A stretch of 64,000 nucleotides of DNA from an uncultured Bacteroidales bacterium (lineage in GTDB: Bacteria; Bacteroidota; Bacteroidia; Bacteroidales; VadinHA17), in contig CAVTIJ010000008.1 in NCBI GenBank assembly GCA_963734885.1, positions 129,693 to 193,692 on the forward strand, in the 5' to 3' direction. The notes under the pieces are model-generated. The model ran no database searches, was not told where the DNA came from, and saw nothing but the letters and a program-made list of their open reading frames with translations. The translations under genes and the position numbers were made by a program. Numbering within the stretch: position 1 is the stretch's first letter; the number at the start of each line of letters is the position of its first letter. Positions 8,741 to 18,539 of this stretch are shown in pieces.

Positions 8741-9715
8741 ATGTCTGCTCTTACCGGAATAAAGAGACCTGTCGAAATTGAGATGGCTGAGTTTGAAACT
8801 TACTTTAGCCGCACAATGCACAGCGATATCCCTTTATTGAATATCATTCTCAATTATATTTTACGGCGCAAAGGAAAGCAGATGAGACCGTTGCTGGTAT
8901 TTCTTACTGCCCGTCTTAATGGTGAAATTGAAGAGGCTACATATATTGCAGCAACCTGTATTGAGCTTCTTCACACTGCCTCCCTGGTTCACGATGATGT
9001 GGTGGATGATGCTCATGAAAGACGCGGATCTCTTTCGATTAATGCTTTATGGAATTCAAAAATCGCTGTTCTGCTTGGCGATTACCTGCTTTCTTCCGGT
9101 ATGCATATTTGTGTTGAGAAATCGAGATACGATATGCTTGAGATTATTTCGGAAGCAGTTAAATCGATGTCGGAGGGAGAATTACTTCAGCTTCAGAAAG
9201 CCAGAAAATTAAATATTAAGGAAGAAGATTATTATAAGATCATTATCAGTAAGACAGCTGCCCTTTTATCTGCTTGTACTGCATGCGGTGCAAGATCTGT
9301 AACGGAAGATCCTGAAACGATTCAGGTAATGAAAGATTTTGGCGAAAATATAGGAATTGCTTTCCAGATAAGGGATGATATCCTTGATTATGAAGGAACC
9401 GGATTGACAGGCAAGGCTGTCGGGAATGACATTAAAGAAAAAAAGATCACTCTTCCTTTGATTCATGCCCTTGAACAGGCCGGAAACTCCAAACGAAGGC
9501 ATATTCTTAACATTGTCAGAAGCAGGAAGAAGAGCCGTTCAGAAATAAATGAAGTAATAAGCTTTGTGACCGAATATGGCGGAATTGATTATTCCGAACT
9601 TAAAATGAACCAGTTCAGGGATAAAGCTCTTGCAATACTTGATTCCTACAAGGATTCAGAAGTAAAAGAATCACTCAGGGAATTCGTTCAGTATACCACT
9701 TCAAGAAAAAAGTAA
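8741..9715 (+). CDS. ispB: Polyprenyl diphosphate synthase
   Basis: GKQMRP, first aspartate-rich motif LVHDDVVD..RRG, KT, second motif FQIRDDILD. Confidence 0.9.
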   Translation: MSALTGIKRPVEIEMAEFETYFSRTMHSDIPLLNIILNYILRRKGKQMRPLLVFLTARLNGEIEEATYIAATCIELLHTASLVHDDVVDDAHERRGSLSINALWNSKIAVLLGDYLLSSGMHICVEKSRYDMLEIISEAVKSMSEGELLQLQKARKLNIKEEDYYKIIISKTAALLSACTACGARSVTEDPETIQVMKDFGENIGIAFQIRDDILDYEGTGLTGKAVGNDIKEKKITLPLIHALEQAGNSKRRHILNIVRSRKKSRSEINEVISFVTEYGGIDYSELKMNQFRDKALAILDSYKDSEVKESLREFVQYTTSRKK

Positions 9716-9717
9716 TA

Positions 9718-11001
9718 TTATTCCGGCTCCAGCCTTATCGCGGCGACTTTTCCCAAATCCGCTTCATAATATCTTGACCCAAACCAGAACAATAGAGCTC
9801 CCAATAAAAGTATAAATGGCAGGACTGATAGTGCAGTCTGTATATTTGTCAGGTCATAAATTTTACCCATTACGATGGGAGCAGTTGAAGCTCCCAGGAG
9901 GTTCTGAACCACCACGGCAATAGCATAAGACGTTGCCCTGAGGCCGGGATGGATTACGTCCTGAGTGACCGAAGCTGCACCTGATATAAATGCCAGAACA
10001 AGCACTCCGAAAATCAGAAAAAGGACATACTGAATTGTCCCTTTAAAAAAGACCAGCGCGAGAAACAGAACTATCGCTGAGAGTAATGTGGATGTCGCCG
10101 GAAACAAAAGTCTTGCATTAACTTTTGATTTCCTCCATAAGTCAGTCAGGAATCCGCCCAAAGGAGCCCCTACCAGCGCCAGCACCATTACAGAGCTTGC
10201 CATCTTCCCGGCAGTCTCCTGAGGCAGATGCCTCATATTTTCAAAGTATGTCGGCAGCCAGGTCAGCATTGACGTAGTAACAAAAACTACACACGCTATG
10301 CCCAGGTAAGTAAATAGAACAGAAGGTTTGGTAAAAAATTCTCTGACCATATCTTTCTTTTCCATCTTTATTTTGTTGCTGTTTTTATCATAAAAAGAAA
10401 GATCGACTGTTTTATAATCCTTAACAAAGAGGAAAAGGACGGCTATTATAAATCCCGGGACTGCAACGATTCCAAAAGCGTGCTTCCATCCCAGTTTTGC
10501 AGCTATTATTCCTCCCAGAAGTACACCAATTGCGGAACCAAGGGGAATTGATGCGTTCCATAATCCCATCATCCTCGCCCGTCTTTCAACCGGATATAAC
10601 CCCGAAATCATGGCACTCCCCCCTGGAGCATAACCTGCTTCTCCGACACCAATTAACATGCGGGCCATAAAAAGCTGTACGAAATTGCCTGTGAGGGCAC
10701 ATAACGCTGTCGCAAGACTCCACATTATTGCCATCACTCCAATTGTTTTCGTTCTGCTCCACCTGTCGACCAGTATCGAAATAGGGAATGTAAGAATGAC
10801 AATTGCCCAGTAAACGGCTGATACCAGCAAACCGCTTTGCGTATGTGATATCCCCCAATCTTTTTCAATAGATGTAAACATGGATGTCACAACCATTCTG
10901 TCGATATAGTCAAACATATATAACAGAAACAGCAGCATAAAAACATAATTGGAATACCTCAGGGAAAACAGATACCCTGAACGATCTACAGGCTTTTTCA
11001 T
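9718..11001 (-). CDS. MFS transporter (spinster-like)
   Basis: YIDR, DRWSR and ARMLIGVGEA motifs; about 12 TM segments. Confidence 0.9.
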   Translation of the reverse strand: MKKPVDRSGYLFSLRYSNYVFMLLFLLYMFDYIDRMVVTSMFTSIEKDWGISHTQSGLLVSAVYWAIVILTFPISILVDRWSRTKTIGVMAIMWSLATALCALTGNFVQLFMARMLIGVGEAGYAPGGSAMISGLYPVERRARMMGLWNASIPLGSAIGVLLGGIIAAKLGWKHAFGIVAVPGFIIAVLFLFVKDYKTVDLSFYDKNSNKIKMEKKDMVREFFTKPSVLFTYLGIACVVFVTTSMLTWLPTYFENMRHLPQETAGKMASSVMVLALVGAPLGGFLTDLWRKSKVNARLLFPATSTLLSAIVLFLALVFFKGTIQYVLFLIFGVLVLAFISGAASVTQDVIHPGLRATSYAIAVVVQNLLGASTAPIVMGKIYDLTNIQTALSVLPFILLLGALLFWFGSRYYEADLGKVAAIRLEPE

Positions 11002-11176
11002 TCAGAATCGAGATTTGTTCAACGTCAATACCAAGTACGGAAAAATAAATGTTAGTTAAAATATTTAGTCCCTTTTTTAAGTCTTTATACTTAGCCATTC
11101 ATGTTCAGTGACCTTTGTGGTTAAAAGAAAAAAAATTACTACTTTTCAGTGTTAAAACTAAAAACATCCTAAAGCT

Positions 11177-11626
11177 ATGACAACTTTAAAACAAATTAAT
11201 GAATTTCTTGATTCGCAGCCCATTGCGCTGGTGGGAGCATCACGCAATCCCAAAAAATTCGGTTACTCTGTTCTTAAAGAGCTTAAAGAAAAAGGCATGA
11301 AAATAATCCCAGTCAATCCTTTGGCAAGGGAAATTTTGGGAGAAAAATCTTACCCGAATGTAAAAATGCTTCCTCCTGAGGTAAAAAGCATCATTGTGGT
11401 AACAAAAAAGGATAAAACAGCCGCTGTCATACGCGAAGCAAAAGAAATGGGAATAAAAAATATCTGGATTCAGCAGATGGCAGACAGTAAGGAAGCGCTT
11501 GATGAACTTAAAGATTCCGGGATAAATTTTATCAAAGGTGAATGCATCCTCATGCATTTCAAGCCTCACAGTATCCATAAGTTCCATGGAAGTCTCAAGA
11601 AACTTTTCGGGCGATTCCCTAAGTGA
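11177..11626 (+). CDS. CoA-binding protein (YccU-like)
   Basis: IALVGASRNPKKFG, IPVNP and IWIQ motifs. Confidence 0.88.
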   Translation: MTTLKQINEFLDSQPIALVGASRNPKKFGYSVLKELKEKGMKIIPVNPLAREILGEKSYPNVKMLPPEVKSIIVVTKKDKTAAVIREAKEMGIKNIWIQQMADSKEALDELKDSGINFIKGECILMHFKPHSIHKFHGSLKKLFGRFPK

Positions 11627-12039
11627 TGGCAGAAAGCGAAGCTCCTTACAGTCTTAAATTCATTGTCCGCGATTACGAGTGTGATCTTCAGGGCGTCGTA
11701 AATAATGCTAATTATCTGCATTATCTTGAGCATGCCCGACATGAATTTCTTATTTCACGCGGGGTTAGTTTTGTTCAGCTTCACGATGAAGGAATTGATC
11801 TGATCGTTACGAAAGTTGAAATTGAATATAAATTCCCACTCAGAAGTCGTGATGAGTTTGTTGTTTCGGTGAGTATCAGGAAGGAAGGAAATGCACGAAT
11901 TGTTTTTGTACAGGATATCTTAAGACTGACTGACAGGAAATTAATTGTACAAGCCAGAGTTACCGGGATTGCTACAAAAAAAGGCAGACCAATAGCTCCG
12001 CCGGAACAGCTCATTGTCAAACTTGGATTAGTATCGTAA
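11623..12039 (+). CDS. Acyl-CoA thioesterase (YbgC/4HBT family)
   Basis: VRDYECDLQGVVNNANYLHYLEHAR motif. Confidence 0.92.
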   Translation: MMAESEAPYSLKFIVRDYECDLQGVVNNANYLHYLEHARHEFLISRGVSFVQLHDEGIDLIVTKVEIEYKFPLRSRDEFVVSVSIRKEGNARIVFVQDILRLTDRKLIVQARVTGIATKKGRPIAPPEQLIVKLGLVS

Positions 12040-12058
12040 ATTCAAATATTGTTTTCAA

Positions 12059-13942
12059 ATGAGAACCAGAAAAAATTGGTTTTTAAAGTTGGTTTTATTT
12101 GTCGCCATTCTTCCCGGTACCTCTTATATCCACTGTCAGCAATTAACCCAGCTGAAACAAAAGTATGACAAACAGGAAGTGTACATAACGATGAGAGACG
12201 GAGTCAGACTTTTCACATCGGTATATACTCCTAAAAATGATTCATTAAAACATCCCATTCTTTTTAGCCGGACACCTTACAATATCGAACCCGGAGGACC
12301 CGACAACTTTAACTATTTCGTGCAGCTTTACAAAAGGTATACTGATGAAGAATATATCATGGTTTACCAGGACGTTAGGGGAAAATACATGAGTGAAGGC
12401 GAATTCGTGGACATTCGTCCTATTGTCGCTGTAAAAAAGAGCAATAAAGATATTGATGAATCAACCGACACCTGGGATACCGTCGACTGGCTGATAAAAA
12501 ACATAAAAAACAATAACGGGAATGTGGGCATTATGGGCGTCTCATATCCCGGTTTTTATTCTACAATGAGTTTGATAAACGCTCATCCCGCAGTTAAAGC
12601 AGTTTCTCCTCAGGCGCCTGTAACAGCCTGGTTTTTAGGCGATGATTTTCATCACAACGGCGCTTTTTTTATTCTTGATTGCTTCACATTTTATTACAGT
12701 AATGGACGCCCGCGAAAGGCTTTATCAAGAAACGAATATCCTTCGTTTAAATGGCCTGTATCAGATAATTATGAATTTTTTATGTCACTTGGGGCTGACA
12801 GGAATATTACCTCTGAATATATGGGTGATAGTATCAAATTCTGGAATGATGCGTTTGCGCATCCTGACTACGACAGTTTCTGGAAATCAAGGGATCCAAG
12901 ACAATATCTGAAAAATGTCACTCCTGCTGTTATGACAGTTGGCGGATGGTTCGATGCAGAGGATCTTTACGGGACATTGCATACTTATCAGGCAATTGAA
13001 AAACAGAATTCACAAAACGTGAAAAACACTCTTGTGATGGGACCATGGTCCCACGGTCAATGGGGAGCAGGAGAAGCCAGGAACCTCGGAAATATTTACT
13101 GGGGTCTGGATGCAAATGAGAAATTCCATGAACAGGAAAAACAGTTCTTTAATTATTATCTGAAAGGAGAAGGATCAGGTAGCTTCCCTGAGGCAGAGGT
13201 CTTTGTGACCGGATCAAACGAGTGGAGAAGTTTTGATAAATGGCCCCCTGAAAACCGGGTGGAAAAGACTTTTTATTTTTATCCTTCGGGAATGATCTCC
13301 GATACGCGACCTTCATCAAATGGAGGATTCGACGAATATGTTTCTGACCCGATGAAACCTGTTCCGTACTGCAATGAGATCCATACTGACAGGACCAGAG
13401 AATACATGACAGATGACCAGCGTTTTGCGGCAAGGCGTCCCGACGTAATGGTTTACAAAACTGATGTCCTCAATGACGATATCACAATCACGGGCCCTAT
13501 TAATGCTGATTTGTTTGTATCAACTACAGGGACCGATGCGGATTTTGTCGTAAAAGTCATTGATGTCTTCCCTGATGATCTGGTTGCTCCTCCCAATGAG
13601 GAAGTTAATACTCCTTTGGGTGGTTACCAGATGCTTGTAAGAGGAGAGATCTTCAGGGGCAGGTATCGCAATAGTTTTGAAAAACCTGAAGCTTTTGTTC
13701 CTGGAAAAATCGTAGAAGTGAAATATGAAATGCCCGATATAGCCCACACTTTCAGAAAAGGCCATCGCATCATGATTCAGGTCCAGAATTCATGGTTTCC
13801 TCTTGTTGACAGGAATCCGCAAAAATTTGTTGATATTTACAAGTGCACTGAGAAAGATTTTCAGAAAGCGACGCAGAGAATCTATCATGATGCAAGGTAT
13901 CCATCAAATCTGAAGATGTCGGTTTTGCAGGAGAAAAAATGA
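12059..13942 (+). CDS. CocE/NonD family serine hydrolase (alpha-amino acid ester hydrolase-like), exported
   Basis: MRDGVRL, RTPY, QDVRG, GVSYPG nucleophile elbow, GPWSHG; signal peptide. Confidence 0.93.
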   Translation: MRTRKNWFLKLVLFVAILPGTSYIHCQQLTQLKQKYDKQEVYITMRDGVRLFTSVYTPKNDSLKHPILFSRTPYNIEPGGPDNFNYFVQLYKRYTDEEYIMVYQDVRGKYMSEGEFVDIRPIVAVKKSNKDIDESTDTWDTVDWLIKNIKNNNGNVGIMGVSYPGFYSTMSLINAHPAVKAVSPQAPVTAWFLGDDFHHNGAFFILDCFTFYYSNGRPRKALSRNEYPSFKWPVSDNYEFFMSLGADRNITSEYMGDSIKFWNDAFAHPDYDSFWKSRDPRQYLKNVTPAVMTVGGWFDAEDLYGTLHTYQAIEKQNSQNVKNTLVMGPWSHGQWGAGEARNLGNIYWGLDANEKFHEQEKQFFNYYLKGEGSGSFPEAEVFVTGSNEWRSFDKWPPENRVEKTFYFYPSGMISDTRPSSNGGFDEYVSDPMKPVPYCNEIHTDRTREYMTDDQRFAARRPDVMVYKTDVLNDDITITGPINADLFVSTTGTDADFVVKVIDVFPDDLVAPPNEEVNTPLGGYQMLVRGEIFRGRYRNSFEKPEAFVPGKIVEVKYEMPDIAHTFRKGHRIMIQVQNSWFPLVDRNPQKFVDIYKCTEKDFQKATQRIYHDARYPSNLKMSVLQEKK

Positions 13943-14012
13943 GATTACTCGCGATGACAGGAGTATCAACTATAACAACATAATTTTGTTAAATCTGTAT
14001 AAATAGTAAAAG

Positions 14013-14933
14013 ATGAAAAGGAATATTACCAGGAGACAATTTCTTACGACGACTGTAACTGTTGGAGCCGGTTCTGTATTGTTAGGGAAATCAGCCCTGC
14101 GGTTGCCTGCCCCTGCCCCTGTCCCGGTTCTGTCGTCTGATCCGCTTCAGATTGTAACCCTTGGAAAATCAGGGATTAAAACAACACTTCTCGGAATGGG
14201 AACAGGCTTCAGCGGATACAACAGGTCTTCGAATATTACCCGCGCAGGCGTTGCAGAATCAGTGATCCATGCAGCTTACGAAAAAGGTATCCGTTTTTTT
14301 GATTGTGCCGACAGCTACGGGACCCATCCATTCACAGCGGCAGCTTTGAAAGACTATCCAAGGGAATCATATACATTAAGCTCAAAAATATGGGTTGGCC
14401 CGGGTGGCATACCCGATCGCGAACGTCCTGATGCTGATGTTGTTGTCGACAGATTCCGCAAGGAACTTAAGACCGATTATCTTGATATGATCCAGATCCA
14501 TTGTATGACTGATGCCAGGTGGACCGACAAGGAAAAGAAACAAATGGATATCCTTGAAAATCTGAAAGTAAAGAAAATCATTGGAGCACATGGCGTATCT
14601 GTTCATTCTCTGGAGGCAATGGAAGCGGCAGTTAACAATCCATGGATTGACGTAATACATGTCAGGATCAATCCTTTTGGTGAAGTGATGGATAAAGGCG
14701 ATGTTAATCAGGTTATTCCTGTAATTGAAAAACTTCACAAAGCAGGTAAGGGAGTTATTGGAATGAAACTGATTGGCAATGGAAATTTCAGGGATGATTC
14801 CGATAAGATTGATGCATCGCTTAAGTATGTTCTGGGACTTGGCACAGTAGATATGATAATCGTCGGATTTGAAAAACCCGAACAGATTGATAATTATCTG
14901 GGAAGGATGAAGAAGGTGCTGGCGGTTAAGTAA
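14013..14933 (+). CDS. Aldo/keto reductase with Tat signal
   Basis: TRRQFL signal; LGMGT, FDCADSYG, LKTDYLD and GVSVH motifs. Confidence 0.9.
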   Translation: MKRNITRRQFLTTTVTVGAGSVLLGKSALRLPAPAPVPVLSSDPLQIVTLGKSGIKTTLLGMGTGFSGYNRSSNITRAGVAESVIHAAYEKGIRFFDCADSYGTHPFTAAALKDYPRESYTLSSKIWVGPGGIPDRERPDADVVVDRFRKELKTDYLDMIQIHCMTDARWTDKEKKQMDILENLKVKKIIGAHGVSVHSLEAMEAAVNNPWIDVIHVRINPFGEVMDKGDVNQVIPVIEKLHKAGKGVIGMKLIGNGNFRDDSDKIDASLKYVLGLGTVDMIIVGFEKPEQIDNYLGRMKKVLAVK

Positions 14934-14957
14934 GGAGCGGTCGCGACCGTTCCTTAC
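14930..14957. repeat. REP-like palindrome GTAAGGAGCGGTCGCGACCGTTCCTTAC
   Basis: 28-bp palindrome with one mismatch, overlapping the AKR stop codon. Confidence 0.7.
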
Positions 14958-14973
14958 AACACATAATTATAAT

Positions 14974-15873
14974 ATGAACATGAAAAAAATTCTCATTTCA
15001 CTGGCACTCCTGAGCCTCTGCTTTGCTTTTGTCCCAAAAACAAGTCTGGATGAGATAATCAAACCCGGTACAAAGCTTGAGGAGCTCGCCGATGGATTTT
15101 CATTCACAGAAGGTCCGGCGTCAGATGCAAAAGGAAATGTTTACTTCACCGATCAGCCAAATGACAGGATAATGATCTGGAGTATATCGGGCAAGCTATC
15201 AACATTCATGCAGCCCTGTGGCAGGTCAAATGGACTCTCCTTTGACAATAAAGGCAATCTGTGGGCCTGTGCTGATCAGAAGAATGAACTATGGTGTATT
15301 GCTCCCGATAAAAAGGTTACGGTTATTCCATCAAAATATCATGATAAAGCCCTGAACGGACCAAATGATCTCTGGAATACTCCTGACGGCGGTGTTTACT
15401 TCACTGACCCGTTTTATAAACGCCCGTGGTGGGATCATGATACCATGCCTCAACCCATTGAGGCTGTCTATTACCTTGCTCCTGATCATAAGACGATTAC
15501 CATGGTGATCAGTGATTTGCAGAAGCCAAACGGAATAGTTGGAACAGCTGATGCTAAAACGCTTTTTGTAGCTGACATTGCCGGTAATAAAACCTGGAAA
15601 TATACTATAAACAAGGATGGCAGTCTGACAAATAAAAAACTGTTCTGCGAAATGGGATCAGACGGCATGACAATTGACACTAAAGGGAACATTTATCTTA
15701 CCGGAAAAGGGGTGCAAATCTTTGATAAAGACGGTCTTTTTATTGGAAACATTTCCGTTCCCGAAAGCTGGACAGCAAATGTATGTTTTGGTGGACCCGA
15801 CATGAAAAGCCTGTTCATAACGGCAAGTAAGGGTTTTTACATGATCCGCACCCTTATAAAAGGCGTCTGTTGA
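14974..15873 (+). CDS. SMP-30/gluconolactonase family protein
   Basis: FTEGP, SNGL, PNDL, YFTDP, PNGI and DGMTID motifs; signal peptide. Confidence 0.93.
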   Translation: MNMKKILISLALLSLCFAFVPKTSLDEIIKPGTKLEELADGFSFTEGPASDAKGNVYFTDQPNDRIMIWSISGKLSTFMQPCGRSNGLSFDNKGNLWACADQKNELWCIAPDKKVTVIPSKYHDKALNGPNDLWNTPDGGVYFTDPFYKRPWWDHDTMPQPIEAVYYLAPDHKTITMVISDLQKPNGIVGTADAKTLFVADIAGNKTWKYTINKDGSLTNKKLFCEMGSDGMTIDTKGNIYLTGKGVQIFDKDGLFIGNISVPESWTANVCFGGPDMKSLFITASKGFYMIRTLIKGVC

Positions 15874-15986
15874 TATCAGCTTTTTTCAGTTAATAACATT
15901 TATCACTTTAACATTTTTGTAATTAAAATTATTTTATCATTGTACTCTGTTTTGAACCTAAACTGAACGTGATCTTATTCTGACCA

Positions 15987-16199
15987 ATGATAAATAAAAT
16001 AGAGTTTCTGGAAGGGACCCGAAGAGCTGATATTAAGCCTGGTATAGATGTCAGAGTCGAACTGACTGAACATAAACGCACCGGCAAGCTCACGGAAGGA
16101 AAGGTAAAGGAAGTTCTGACAACCTCACCAAATCATCCTCATGGAATCAAAGTTATGCTTGAAAATGGTCTTGTCGGCCGGATCAAGGAGATAATCTGA
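15987..16199 (+). CDS. YwbE family protein (DUF2196)
   Basis: RTGKLTEG.VKEVLT.SP.HPHGIKV.L..G.VGR. Confidence 0.9.
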   Translation: MINKIEFLEGTRRADIKPGIDVRVELTEHKRTGKLTEGKVKEVLTTSPNHPHGIKVMLENGLVGRIKEII

Positions 16200-16301
16200 T
16201 TCTGCTATTGATCGATCAATCAAAAAATTATCTAAATTTGACCTCCTTGGAAACATTGTAGTTTTCAATGCTGCTTTGTTGTTAACCGTCTTAATGATAA
16301 T

Positions 16302-17630
16302 ATGATGAAATACGAGGATTTTCTTGTAACCACACTCGGGAAAGCTGGTGTAGTATCACCTCTTAAACATACTAATCGACCGGAGAATCCTGTCTATAAA
16401 TTTGTAGACGATAGTGAAAGAATTTTATATGATGTCTCTCTCGAAAATTTCAAAAAATGTCATGAGACGGGGGAACTTCCTGTGTCGTTCGAAAAAGCCG
16501 GTCCTAAAGAAAACATATACTTTGAACCGGCAAAAACCAAAGTAGGAATTGTGACATGCGGTGGCTTATGTCCCGGCCTGAATAATGTTATAAGAAGTCT
16601 GGTCAATGAACTTCATTACCGTTACGGGATAAACCGTGTTCTCGGAATACAATACGGTTATGAAGGCTTCATACCCGCATATAATCATCCTGTCATTGAA
16701 CTCACTTCAACAATGGTCAATTATATCCATCTTACGGGAGGTACCTTTCTGGGATCCTCAAGAGGAGAACAGGATGTGGAAAAAATTGTAGATACGCTTG
16801 AGATCCTCAATATTAATATCCTGTTTTGTATTGGCGGTGATGGAACATTGAGGGGAGCACATGCTATACACAAAGAAATTGAAAAGAGGAAGCTTAAAAT
16901 CAGTGTCGCCGGTATTCCCAAGACAATTGACAATGATATCGATCTGATCCAGAAGTCATTTGGTTTTGAAACCGCTTTTTCGATTGCCAATGATATAATA
17001 CGAAATGCCCATAATGAAGCCTCCGGAGCATATAATGGGATCGCACTGGTTAAACTCATGGGCCGTGATTCGGGATTTATAGCAGCAAGTGCAGCTCTGG
17101 CTATTCAGGAGGTAAATTTTGTACTTGTCCCAGAAATTACATTTGATCTTGAGGGTCCGCAGGGCTTTCTGAATGTTCTTAGGAAACGGCTCGAAGAACG
17201 CCATCATGCAGTTATTGTTGTTGCTGAAGGGGCTGGACAACATCTGTTCGATTGTTCCGAGAATAATAAAGATGAATCAGGCAATGTGAAGTATAAAGAT
17301 ATTGGGATTTATCTTCGCGATAAAATTACAGAAGAATTTAAAAATACAGCATTTGCCCATTCGATTAAATATATCGATCCGAGCTACATTATACGCAGCG
17401 CACCAGCAAATGCAAATGATAGTAAATTCTGCAATTTGCTCGCTCAGAATGCGGTACATGCAGCCCTTTCGGGGAGGACCAATTTTGTCACAGGATTTTG
17501 GAACAACCAGTTTACAATTATGCCAATCGAGATGGTAGTTGCAAAACGAAAAAAAATCGACATTGAAGGTGAATTATGGTGGAATGTCCTGGAGGCAACC
17601 GGACAGCCAGTAAGCATGAAAAACTCATAA
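16302..17630 (+). CDS. pfkA: ATP-dependent 6-phosphofructokinase (group X type)
   Basis: TCGGLCPG, GGDG (the glycine indicates ATP use), PKTIDND and MGR motifs. Confidence 0.93.
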   Translation: MMKYEDFLVTTLGKAGVVSPLKHTNRPENPVYKFVDDSERILYDVSLENFKKCHETGELPVSFEKAGPKENIYFEPAKTKVGIVTCGGLCPGLNNVIRSLVNELHYRYGINRVLGIQYGYEGFIPAYNHPVIELTSTMVNYIHLTGGTFLGSSRGEQDVEKIVDTLEILNINILFCIGGDGTLRGAHAIHKEIEKRKLKISVAGIPKTIDNDIDLIQKSFGFETAFSIANDIIRNAHNEASGAYNGIALVKLMGRDSGFIAASAALAIQEVNFVLVPEITFDLEGPQGFLNVLRKRLEERHHAVIVVAEGAGQHLFDCSENNKDESGNVKYKDIGIYLRDKITEEFKNTAFAHSIKYIDPSYIIRSAPANANDSKFCNLLAQNAVHAALSGRTNFVTGFWNNQFTIMPIEMVVAKRKKIDIEGELWWNVLEATGQPVSMKNS

Positions 17631-17631
17631 T

Positions 17632-18249
17632 ATGATTAAGAATCTCATTTTTGATCTGGGGAATGTTCTTATCAGCTTTAAGCCGTCTGAATACTTTGAT
17701 AAGAAAAAATATCCTGTAAATATTAAAGCCACCATCCTGGCTGATATTTTCGGAAGCAAAGAATGGCAAATGCTCGATAAGGGGGAAATCTCTACCCCGG
17801 ATGCGATAAATGCTATCGCAAAAAGCTCATCTCTTAAAACAGAAGAAATAATCCATATTTTCAATTTACGGACTGATCTGATGTTTCCCCTCGATTCAAA
17901 CGTCAAGCTCCTTCCTGGATTGTTAAAACGGGGTTTTAAGCTATATTATCTGTCAAACTTTCCACTCGACATTTTTGACGAAGTCAGATCGGGCTATTAT
18001 TTCTTTAAATATTTTGATGGGGGATTAATTTCTGCCGAAGCTAAATCAGCAAAACCTGATAAAAGGATTTATGAAATTCTTATGGAAAGATATTCCCTGA
18101 TAGCTGAGGAGTGTCTTTTCATTGACGACACTGAAGTGAATGTCACTACAGCCCGGAGTTTTGGTATGACGGGTCTTTTTACAAACGGGTCGCTTGAAAT
18201 AGCAAAAGAGGTCGAGAGGGTTTTGAAGAACTCAACAGGAATAAATTGA
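17632..18249 (+). CDS. HAD-family phosphatase (YihX-like)
   Basis: FDLGNV, LSN, KP and FIDD motifs. Confidence 0.9.
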   Translation: MIKNLIFDLGNVLISFKPSEYFDKKKYPVNIKATILADIFGSKEWQMLDKGEISTPDAINAIAKSSSLKTEEIIHIFNLRTDLMFPLDSNVKLLPGLLKRGFKLYYLSNFPLDIFDEVRSGYYFFKYFDGGLISAEAKSAKPDKRIYEILMERYSLIAEECLFIDDTEVNVTTARSFGMTGLFTNGSLEIAKEVERVLKNSTGIN

Positions 18250-18254
18250 AATCC

Positions 18255-18373
18255 TTTAACCACAAAGGTCACTAAGGAAGAACACAAAGAACACAAAGTC
18301 CGGAAAACTATCGGATGAAGTGGGTTTTAACTTTGTGCCCTTTGAGCCTTCTTTGTGCTCTTTGTGGTTAAAA
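18255..18373. repeat. Intergenic inverted element built from CACAAAG units (AACCACAAAG...CTTTGTGGTT)
   Basis: Four CACAAAG-like units, a spacer, then four inverted units. Related copies at 35628 and 50384. Confidence 0.85.
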
Positions 18374-18518
18374 AAGCTAATTCGCTGTTTCTGCATCAAA
18401 AATTCACGCCCATGCGGGCACTTCCTCAAAAATATTCAATTCTCGCCGACTTAAAGGATAAGATAAATTGTATTAATTATCACTGTATGTGTGATTTAAG
18501 ATACATATAATTCAAAAG

Positions 18519-18534
18519 TGTTCCACGTGGAAAC
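18519..18534. promoter_or_regulatory. parS site (near-consensus)
   Basis: TGTTCCACGTGGAAAC, just downstream of uvrC. Confidence 0.7.
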
Positions 18535-18539
18535 TGTGC